Under the pieces are notes generated by a model. That model was not told the origin of the DNA, ran no database searches, and saw nothing but the letters and a program-made list of their open reading frames with translations. A stretch of DNA of 64,000 nt from Marsupella aquatica (Eukaryota; Plantae; Marchantiophyta): contig OZ316894.1 in assembly GCA_973895155.1 (NCBI GenBank), positions 6,720,234-6,784,233 on the forward strand, read 5' to 3'. Positions 46,563 to 55,526 of the stretch are shown here, piece by piece. The position numbers and the translations under genes were made by a program. How positions within the stretch are numbered: position 1 is the first letter of the stretch; each line of letters opens with the position of its first letter.

Positions 46563-48419
46563 ATGCTAGATCAACCAGAGTTTAGTGCGTCACGCATTCG
46601 GAGATACAAGGCTGCTTACCGTGACTACGTGGAGACTCGGATTACACGGGAAAGGGAAGAGAGAGAAGTTATGATGAGCACGGGATTGGCAGCGGGTTCC
46701 TCACCGGTGGGTAGGAAGATTTTTCGTCGAATTTATCCCAAGACCTCCACCAAGGTGATGGAGGATTGTCGGAACATTTTCCAAGCCACCGGGCTTACAG
46801 AATTCATGAAGGTGGAGATTACCATCCCTTCAGGGAAGAGCTGGGACATTGAGGCCGGGATGGAGTTCCGAACGGAGGGAATCTACTTTGAATGTCTCAA
46901 ACGTGTAGTGCCCCATGTGGAGTTGGCTAAGCTATTGTTTCTTGAGAATCAGAAATTCTCATTCACACCTCGGAATATCAGGGGAGAACTCACGTTGAAA
47001 ATGGTGGCCACTTGGGTGACCAATCCTACCTCCACCACCGCCATCCCTCTTTCTGCTGTCAAGGATGTTGAGTATAAGGGCTTCCTGGCCAAGGTGCATC
47101 AACGGGTTCTTGGCAACGTGCAATCCGGAGTGCTGAATGAGGAGCATTTCGTGGTAGCTATGGACATCAAGAACTACCCAGCCCATGTGTACGGATGGTG
47201 GTGCTACGGATTGAAGAAGCTATTGGCCGCTGAGCCCGGGAGTGTGAAACCAGGTGGGGCTGTACATTTGATGGGGTCATTTGTATTGGCCAGGGCAGAA
47301 GGGTTGATTGGTTCTCCGGGGCATGAAGACACGGGATCATCTCTCACCACGGAGATCCGGAGTATTGCCACTACCGTTTTAGGGAAGCTCACGGAGGAAT
47401 CATTGTCTGCTGGTGGGGAGGATAATAGAGAAGAAGAGAACCAGGAGGATGATTGCACATTGGAGTGGCTTGAATCACTCGTGGGAGATCCGAAACAGCC
47501 TCTGGAATACAACATTCCGGATGTTTACTTGGCAGAGCTACGGGATTTCAGAGAGGGAGTCCACGAGGGACTCAAGCTAGTCCACGCATTGAGGGAGTCT
47601 CTCAAGCACGCCACAGTCAAAGTAGAGACGTTAGAGCAGAGCATCCTGTCACTGAAGGAGGTGATCAAGACCAAGGAGCAGACCATTCATGAGAAGGTCA
47701 GGCACATCAATGCAGCTCACGTAGAGATCACCAACTTGAAGGGAGCTTTGTCCACCAAGGCCAAGGAAGCAGAAGAAGTAGGAGCGTTGAGGCAAGCATT
47801 GGCCAAAGAGAAGCAAAATTCTGGAGAAGTGATGGAGTGGAGGAACCAGGTGGGAGCACTACGGAGTCAGGTGGCAGCCTTTGAGACACGAGCGAAGAGA
47901 AGTGAGGCCCTGAGTCTAGGGAAACGGAAGAGTCCCGGCACACCTGGCTCCACACTTTCCCCGGATGTGATCTCCCAAGCTATCGAGATGGTGGTGAAGG
48001 AGGTTAGTGGGAAGTATGGACCCTTGTTGGATGGAGCCAAGAAGAGTCAGGAGAAGAGTAAGAGCTTGGAGAAGAAGCTCCGGGAGGTACGGAAATCGTT
48101 ACGGGAGGCTCAGGTCAGTACGGGGATGCCACCCAGGTCTGTCACCCCCGGGACTCCCATGGCCACGGGGCAAGTTCTACCGTTGGAGTTGCGGTCCGGA
48201 GAAGAGGCTACCCTCTGGAAGGACACAATTGGTGAGGGGTACATCAAGGCGTGGCAGGCCTTGGCTGCTTTGAGGAAGCGCGGGAGCAGCAGCACTAAGA
48301 GTACTCCGTCGAAGAAGAAGAAAAGTACGGTGGCACTCACTCCCGTGAGTGATGAGGAGGAGGACCACTCACGGGGCACAAGTCCGGGCACCGAGAGCGA
48401 AGAAGAAGAGGAGGATTAG
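46563..48419 (+). CDS. Retrotransposon accessory (extra) ORF, 618 aa, coiled-coil C-terminal half, function unknown
   Basis: Intact long ORF ending about 50 bp before the PPT/LTR; heptad-rich LRESLKHATVKVETLEQSILSLKEVIKTKEQ; basic PSKKKKS followed by an acidic tail. Confidence 0.75.
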   Translation: MLDQPEFSASRIRRYKAAYRDYVETRITREREEREVMMSTGLAAGSSPVGRKIFRRIYPKTSTKVMEDCRNIFQATGLTEFMKVEITIPSGKSWDIEAGMEFRTEGIYFECLKRVVPHVELAKLLFLENQKFSFTPRNIRGELTLKMVATWVTNPTSTTAIPLSAVKDVEYKGFLAKVHQRVLGNVQSGVLNEEHFVVAMDIKNYPAHVYGWWCYGLKKLLAAEPGSVKPGGAVHLMGSFVLARAEGLIGSPGHEDTGSSLTTEIRSIATTVLGKLTEESLSAGGEDNREEENQEDDCTLEWLESLVGDPKQPLEYNIPDVYLAELRDFREGVHEGLKLVHALRESLKHATVKVETLEQSILSLKEVIKTKEQTIHEKVRHINAAHVEITNLKGALSTKAKEAEEVGALRQALAKEKQNSGEVMEWRNQVGALRSQVAAFETRAKRSEALSLGKRKSPGTPGSTLSPDVISQAIEMVVKEVSGKYGPLLDGAKKSQEKSKSLEKKLREVRKSLREAQVSTGMPPRSVTPGTPMATGQVLPLELRSGEEATLWKDTIGEGYIKAWQALAALRKRGSSSTKSTPSKKKKSTVALTPVSDEEEDHSRGTSPGTESEEEEED

Positions 48420-48473
48420 ATAGGCGTACGGACGTGGGTGTACGGCCTCCAGATTTCCAACATTTTAGTGGGG

Positions 48474-49530
48474 GGTCACTCATGGGCTTGTTGGGATGAG
48501 CTCGCGGAGCTGATTCCAACAAGAGGCGGCGCTCCTCAAACGGAGCCAGGATGAGCAAGTTATGGCCTGGAGAACTTATGTTTTTGCGGTACGGAAACGG
48601 CCATAACTCAGGCGTCTGAAGTCCGTTGAGGGAGCGACTTAGTGATTCGGAAGCAGGAAAAGAAGAGCTATCCAGGGGTGAGCTCAGGTGTGCACTTGGA
48701 AGGGCACCTAGTTTCGGCCATTTTGGGGTGCCTCTCACTTTCAGGGTTCACGTGTACTGTTGGGGCGCCGTCGAAGGCACCGTCGGCCCCCTTGTTTTGG
48801 GTTTAGGGTTTTAGCAGCATGTGTGTGCCGCATGCTCCTCTTCAGTTTAAGGATTTCTCTTAGTGCAAGGTTTTAGCGGCGCCGCTAGGGTAGCCGCCAC
48901 CGTTGTGACCCTGTGAGGGGTGCTTTGGTGTGATTTTTCAGTATTTAGGGGGATAGCCCCGAAGTAGTTAGGGGGACTCAGTGTGAAGTTAGCAAGGAGG
49001 GATAGAGTGGAGCCTGAGGAGTTTGAAAGCGTGTTCAGAGTAGTGAGGGGGAGCCATACTCATTGTCCGGAGAGGCAGGAGTTGAGTAGACGGCAGGAGG
49101 CCGGGTTACTCATGCAATGTGTATCGTTTTTCCCAAGAGATATGGATCTGTACATTTGACTTGATGGGCTTTTGTTGTGTGTTCCTTCTCCCTTTTTCGC
49201 TTTCCGAATTGTGTTCTCCCGTTCTATGATTTGAAGAAACTTGCTTGGTTTGAGTCGGCCTTGTGAGTAGGGGTGGTGACAGCACTCTTTGGGTGACTCC
49301 GAGTGAAGGTGTAGTGGGGTAGTCGGCAGGACTTGATCAAAAGCTGTGGGGTGAGGGTAGTCGGTAGACTTGATCAAAACCTACATTTCCGGGAGCGGAA
49401 ACCAAAATACTCATCCTGGTGTGAAAAGAATCCAAATAACGTCCCTCCACGACCCCGTAATACGATACCAACGGTTTAAGCGAAGAAAAGTGCGGTTTGC
49501 ACGTATTAACCGTTGGAGAGGCAAGTGACA
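48474..49530 (+). repeat. Putative gypsy LTR (about 1.06 kb)
   Basis: Follows a purine tract; termini (g)GTCACT ... AGTGACA are inverted, with the 5' T apparently mutated; ends 20 nt before the PBS. Confidence 0.55.
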
Positions 49531-49550
49531 TAAGTGTGGTCTTTTGTTTT

Positions 49551-49568
49551 TGGCGCCGCTGCCGGGGA
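49551..49568 (+). promoter_or_regulatory. Primer binding site, tRNA-Asp (Athila type)
   Basis: TGGCGCCGCTGCCGGGGA, one mismatch to TGGCGCCGTTGCCGGGGA. Confidence 0.9.
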
Positions 49569-49785
49569 ATCCTTCTTCTTGTTTGACGACACGAAGGAGG
49601 GGAGCTACGTCTATTGGGAGTTCAAACCTATCAACCACAACGCAACTTGCGACGGTTGATACGTGAGAAGTTTGTTGGTTACTTTGTTATTGTACGTCAA
49701 CCACAACGCATCGTGCGACGGTTGATGTTTACAAATATTGCTTTCTGAGACATTGGTGTAAGTTTGGAATGCAGGTCTCAATGGG

Positions 49786-51771
49786 ATGCCGAGAGGGAGA
49801 AGGGGAGGTAGAGGAAGTCCCCAACACACACGTACCCCAAGATCAGAGCTAGAAGGGGGGCCCTCTTGGATTGGGACCAGACGACGAGTTGCTGCCGAAG
49901 AACGCTTACGGCTTGCAGAAGAGAGGAGGTTGCCACTGGTGCTGGAAGAACAAGTTGGTGTGCAACAGGAAGAGGCTCAACGTAATGAGGCCATATGCCC
50001 AGACGAAGAGCCAGACATAGATCACGAGCGAGAAGAAGGAGAGCCCTTTGTGTTGGTGCAGTCTGAGTTACAAAATCTGATCCCAGAGCTCACTGCATTG
50101 CCACAAATCATCTCACACCTATCATCGGTGCTGTTACCGGTGGCCCAACAAGCGCCATTACCACCTGTGTTGATACAGGCACCGGCTGCACCGATGGCAG
50201 CTGCACAACGTACCCGTGTTCAGTACGTACCCTTCAAGGGGAGACCAAAGGATGATCCAGACGAATGGATTGAGGAGTTTGAAGGGATTGCCGAAGCTAA
50301 TGGGGAGTCTGCACATAAGCTCACTATCATTCCTGGAATGATGAGAGGGGAGGCAGGTCCATGGTTCATTTCGTTGTTGGCCAACGTGAAAGCTGATTGG
50401 GCTCTGTTCAAGCAAGCCTTCTTGAAGGAGTTCAGATCCATAGGAGTGGAGGCCACCTCACTATTAAAGGTGGGCCAACTCAGGATGAAGAAGAAGGAGT
50501 CATTACGGAGGTTTTTGCAAAGGTTCCAAAAGCTGGTACGTCGGATCCAAGCCCGTACCGATGATGCTATGCGTCAAGCCTGGTTTGTGGCTGCCCTACC
50601 AAGCAAGATGGGGTTCTTTGTACGTCAAGCCAAGCCAACCACATTGGCTGAAGCTATTGCAGCAGCGGAGTCATACACCGCAGCTGATGCCACAAGCAAG
50701 CGTTGCCGAAGAAAGAAGCTGAAGCCGGTTGACAGTTCCTCCAGTGAGGAGTCGAGTGGATCTGATTCAGATAGTAGTGATGAATCTGAGGATTCTGAGA
50801 GTACTACAGAGTCAGACACTACGGAGTCAGAAGCTGAAAGACGAAGGAGGAAGAAGAAGAAGTTGTCAAAGAAAGTCAAGAAGTCCTCTCACCGTGAAGT
50901 GATACTACCCACGGTGGCCGTTACACCATTGTCTACGGCAAGACGCCTGAAGGAGCAAGAGGCCAGATATGATGAGCTGACGGAGCAAATGAAAGCGTTG
51001 AAAGTACATTTTGCCGGACTCAAACCTGAGAGGAGAAAAGTTCCGGTGGAGAGAGCCAATGTGTGGTGCACCAAGTGCATGAAGTTTGGTCATGCCCCGA
51101 AGGAGTGCCCAGCGGGAGAACCAGCCAAGGTTTTCCAAGTACGGGAGGAGGATGTTGAGGGGGCAAGCTACTCAAATCCTTCATATGCAGCGGAAGGGCC
51201 AATAGAGTACTTCATGGAGGAGCCACCAGAGGCCAACGTGTATAGTGTACAACCTCTCAACCCGGGACCACGGAGCATTCATGGAGTTTCAACAAACGCC
51301 GGAGCACCCGCATACTCCAACTATCCCAACGCTAACCCAGGGAATCGACCACCGTACCCTGGAGTGAGGAAGATCCCTATTTGTTACAATTGTAGAGTGG
51401 CGGGCCACTACGCTAATGTGTGCCCAGAGCCCACCCGTCAAGGCAATGGAGATTTTGCCCGGCTGTGTCAACTATGCAAGGGGGAGGGTCATCTTGCACC
51501 ACACTGCCCAACCTTGGAGGCGTTCAAGGCTCAACCGATTGGGGCACAAGAGAAGAAGGGGCCGCCACCTCCTCTGAAAGAAGCTAGCGTCAACTTTCTC
51601 ACCACGGAAGCAGTCGACACCCCTCTAATCACTAGAAGAGAAGAAACCGTAGTGAACATTCCCAAGCAAAGGATGACCACCATAACGGAGGAGGTGGTAC
51701 CGCTAGTCGTTGTAGTATCTCCAGTTGTTGAGATACCGGTGGTTGTTGACTCTTTGCTGAACATTACTTAA
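49786..51771 (+). CDS. gag: Ty3/gypsy Gag with three CCHC zinc knuckles, truncated before protease
   Basis: PFKGRPKDDPDEWIEEF, MRGEAGPWF, WALFKQAFLKEF, ESLRRFLQRF, KPTTLAEAI; knuckles CTKCMKFGHAPKEC, CYNCRVAGHYANVC and CQLCKGEGHLAPHC. Confidence 0.9.
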   Translation: MPRGRRGGRGSPQHTRTPRSELEGGPSWIGTRRRVAAEERLRLAEERRLPLVLEEQVGVQQEEAQRNEAICPDEEPDIDHEREEGEPFVLVQSELQNLIPELTALPQIISHLSSVLLPVAQQAPLPPVLIQAPAAPMAAAQRTRVQYVPFKGRPKDDPDEWIEEFEGIAEANGESAHKLTIIPGMMRGEAGPWFISLLANVKADWALFKQAFLKEFRSIGVEATSLLKVGQLRMKKKESLRRFLQRFQKLVRRIQARTDDAMRQAWFVAALPSKMGFFVRQAKPTTLAEAIAAAESYTAADATSKRCRRKKLKPVDSSSSEESSGSDSDSSDESEDSESTTESDTTESEAERRRRKKKKLSKKVKKSSHREVILPTVAVTPLSTARRLKEQEARYDELTEQMKALKVHFAGLKPERRKVPVERANVWCTKCMKFGHAPKECPAGEPAKVFQVREEDVEGASYSNPSYAAEGPIEYFMEEPPEANVYSVQPLNPGPRSIHGVSTNAGAPAYSNYPNANPGNRPPYPGVRKIPICYNCRVAGHYANVCPEPTRQGNGDFARLCQLCKGEGHLAPHCPTLEAFKAQPIGAQEKKGPPPPLKEASVNFLTTEAVDTPLITRREETVVNIPKQRMTTITEEVVPLVVVVSPVVEIPVVVDSLLNIT

Positions 51772-52740
51772 GTTTATTACATTACTTAATTTTATACTCA
51801 AAACTATTTACTCATTCTCAAAACAAAAAATACCCAGTCGTAGATCTCATTGAGATCTTTCTTTTGCACCCTAGATCGCCTTCTAACATGGATGAATAAG
51901 ATTTCTAGAGGCATTACAAAATGGACGGCAAAGATCATAAAATCAATAAAATCGACGGCTAGGAAGGTGGATTTGTTTAATTTTTCATTTGAAAAATATT
52001 AACCCATTTGCAAAACAGACAGAACCCATCCATAGATCTATTTGAGATCTTTCTTTTGAGCCATAGATTGGCCATTATGATGGACGGACGAGATTTCCGG
52101 AGATAAGAAATGGAGACGGCTCAGATCGACTCTTCCCCCTGATTTTATTTCTTTTGTGATCTTCTTATTCTTATTGTTTATATTGCTTTAATTTCCTTTC
52201 CTTGAATCAATTCAAACACAAATAGTTATATTTGTTTCTTGTTGAAAACATCATTGTTTCTATCTATGACCGCACATGATGATGTGGCTCTGCATGGTAC
52301 TAGGGATTTTAGAATGAGCTTCCCATGGGGTCTCTAACAATTTCCTTTCCACATTTGCATCTCTAATTGCCTCACTTTCATTTCTTTTTTTGTTGCATTT
52401 TCTTGTGACTTGAACATTTTTTGTGCATTGCAAGGTCACTTACACTTCGTTTCTTCACTACATTTTCTTAGACCACCTCACATTTTTATATCACCTGGAC
52501 ATTTGTTGTGCATTGGAAGGGCATGCGGCTAGTTTCACTGTAAATAGTTGACAATTAGTCACCTGTCAGTCAATCAGGCTAGTTTCAAGATAAACACTAC
52601 TTGACAATCAGTCATCAGTCAGTCAAGCAGGCTAGTTTCAAGATAAATCCTACTTGACAATTAGTCATGAGTCAGTAGTGTTTCAATACACCACTCCCTT
52701 GTCTTTGGTAAATCCTCTTCCTATTTTCCCCGAAACAAAC

Positions 52741-52747
52741 TATATAA
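52741..52747 (+). promoter_or_regulatory. TATA box upstream of the TFIIA-like ORF
   Basis: TATATAA followed by a CT-rich (Y-patch-like) stretch, 180 bp before ATG 52921. Confidence 0.55.
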
Positions 52748-52920
52748 GGACCTAGTTCTCTCTCTTCTCTCTCAGTCTCTCAGGCAGCTTAGCTTAGCAA
52801 AGTTTCTTACATAGCTTTGCTACAGTCATTACACGTGAGGAAGAATCATAACTTTGATATAGTGAATCATAACTTTGATATAGTCATTACATTGTGAAGG
52901 AGAAGCGCATCCAGGAAACA

Positions 52921-53364
52921 ATGGCTCGAAGTCGAAGGAAGAGAGTCCGGGGTATAGAAATTGACCCAGAGGCCGATGCTGGGCCCAGCGTTGCTGAAGT
53001 ATACGGTCATATCATCAACGAAGTAATTCACGATGTGTGGAAAAATCTCTGTGATGATTTTCGGCTGGAGAATATGGATCAAACCGATTTGGCACAGCTC
53101 CAGCAGACTTGGGAATCAAATTTGATCAAATCTGGGGCTGTCGGATCTACCACGACAGACGAGCAGAGCGTACCAGCACTGATAACAGTAGGTAATGCAT
53201 CAACACAAGTTCCCGCACAAGTTATCGACATCAATGTGCCCCACGAAGGAACTGACGAGCTGATACCGCTACCGAACACACAGGCTCACGTAATGCGATT
53301 CCCCTTCCAATGCAAAACCCTGCACCAGTTTTCATCAGTGGAGGAGATCCAACCATGGCTCTAA
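52921..53364 (+). CDS. TFIIA large subunit N-terminal domain only (truncated paralog or retrocopy)
   Basis: SVAEVYGHIINEVI...DDF...LAQLQQTWESNLIKSG matches the TFIIA-alpha helices; VIDINVPHEGTDE matches plant HDLNVPYEGTEE. Confidence 0.7.
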   Translation: MARSRRKRVRGIEIDPEADAGPSVAEVYGHIINEVIHDVWKNLCDDFRLENMDQTDLAQLQQTWESNLIKSGAVGSTTTDEQSVPALITVGNASTQVPAQVIDINVPHEGTDELIPLPNTQAHVMRFPFQCKTLHQFSSVEEIQPWL

Positions 53365-55526
53365 CCGGCAGAGAATTGAAGAGGTTTCGTTACAGTCCTG
53401 GAGGACCTAGCTAGTGAGTCCTCTAGTGGGATCGGTGCTACGTTGGCTACAGCTTGATGACGAGCACCGAAGGCAAGCTTCCAATATGCCAAAGCGAGCT
53501 CCGACCTGCGATGTATCAAAATGGGAGTGAACGTAGATATTGAACTTCATCTTAACATGACAGTTACGGTCAAGAGGAAGGTGAGTCTGGGCAATATGGA
53601 CGGAAGCGGAAGATAGAAGAGGATCAAATAACCCCCAACTCCCGTCTCAGCTCTAAATTAAATAATGGCACTTATGTTCCACAGCGAGAAGGAGCAGGAG
53701 GTTTTCTTCCATCTTCCACTGTATGCGAGCAACAGCCGCAAACTGGTCTGTAGAATTCAATCTACAAGACTAGATCCAACAACAAGAAGGAATGCGCTCT
53801 AAGAAATGTACGAAAAACGACTACTGGAAATTCATATCATTGACGGCGGGGAAGGCAAGCAACTGGGGCCTTCGACTTGTGATCAGCTGAGATGACGGGA
53901 CTCTGCCGCGGAAATCAGTGACTTCGTGGATTTCGTTGATCCTGCCGAACACTCAAAAATCGAGGTGGAAAAGGCCTTGTAGAAAAGAGAAATCGTGTGA
54001 ATAATGGTCAGGTTGGAATAGATCAGATCAGATTCAATAAATGTCATGTTGCCTCCTGTCCATATATGTGGGAGCAAAATCGCAAACCATTTTGAATAAA
54101 GCAGAGTTTTTTTGACAGTTTAATAGCTCTGCTGTTTCGTTGCTTGACTGTGAACGGAACTTTTAGCCTTTTAGATTCAGTCTTTTTTTTACATTACTTA
54201 CAATGTAAGTTGCCGCCTGAGTATATGAGGTTTTACTGCCGTGTGGTGCAGCCTGAGAATCCCGCTCCCTTAAAATGCATTGAATTGAATTTAGAAGACA
54301 GCTCTTTACTAGTTTATTTTCGTTCAGTTCTCAGACAATCCTCTCTTGCGTTGTATTTGTTGGAAATATATCTCGGGACTTTCCATGTTTTTGAGCATTC
54401 ATTCATTTGATGACATGAACACACAATTGTGTAGTTCACAAGATCAATTAATACAAGCTCCGCTTTGTTTCATTCTTTTCATAAAGAAACAATCTTTGTC
54501 AGCTCTTCATATTTTTTTGAATAAACAGAGTCCATAATTCATAGTTTATGGGTCAAGAACTTTTTGATCACATCAGATTATTAGTTTATTAGTTTACGTA
54601 GAATATGGTACGGCACTCTAGTTCGAATCAAGTAGTCACATGTCATCTCAAAGCAGTTCAGAGTGTTTCGTTGAATGTGATTTCTTTGATTTTAGTCTCG
54701 AAGGCCAGTCATTCTTTAATGCTCGACATCACTGCAACCGCTATGATGCGCATTAAACGTCGAATAGAGTATTTCAATGTAGTACATAAACACAAACTAC
54801 AAAGTGAAATTTCCGATAGATAAGTTTGTGAAATGGGAAGATTGTTCTTACTACATTGGTCTAGTCATGAGAACGTGACCACAAAAATCTATAGAAGCCC
54901 TTGAGCCACAATTTGGGCAAATTCATCTAACTTTATAACGTCTGAAGTTCTATTGACTTCCTAGTTGGTTTGGGCTTCAGTTCCAGTTCCTAAATGTGTC
55001 CGACTTATATTTAAGCTCGCTTATGGGGGGGGGGGGGGGGGGGGCGGGCTAGTTTAGCAACTATTGTCAGTAGAATGGATGCAATGCAGTGAAAACATTG
55101 ATCGTAGGCTACATCTCAATAGTGAGCAATGAATGACGGTATCAGTCTTTAAGAGATTGAAAAACCCAACCTAAGATAGAGTACATTACTAGCCCATCCT
55201 CGATAGTGACGTACACCTCCCGTAATTGTTTACATCCCTGGAGTTAAAAACAATGGCATCTTGATTCATGCGAGTATTGGTGGTCTATCTGCGCATCCCG
55301 TGCTGCAAGCTATTTGTTGTGACAATACTCTCCTTTATAAATTGATGAAGCTTGACCATTTCTAATCAACTGAATGAACCACAACAGAATTTTTCGAGCT
55401 CAAAAAAGAATTTACGACTGCGAAGGATCTAAGGCTTCTCCATCGAGTCCCGAGAACCCGCCCGAGAATTGAGTGAGTTAAAACTTAGAATAGCTAGAAA
55501 TAAAGAACTGGACTTGAGGATTTGTA

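Larger units (their letters stand above)
45682..51771 (+). mobile_element. Athila-like Ty3/gypsy fragment arranged 3'-internal region, LTR, PBS, gag; pol absent
   Basis: Purine tract 45682-45701, GC arrays, extra ORF, PPT-like TTTTAGTGGGGG, one LTR, tRNA-Asp PBS and gag. Confidence 0.7.
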
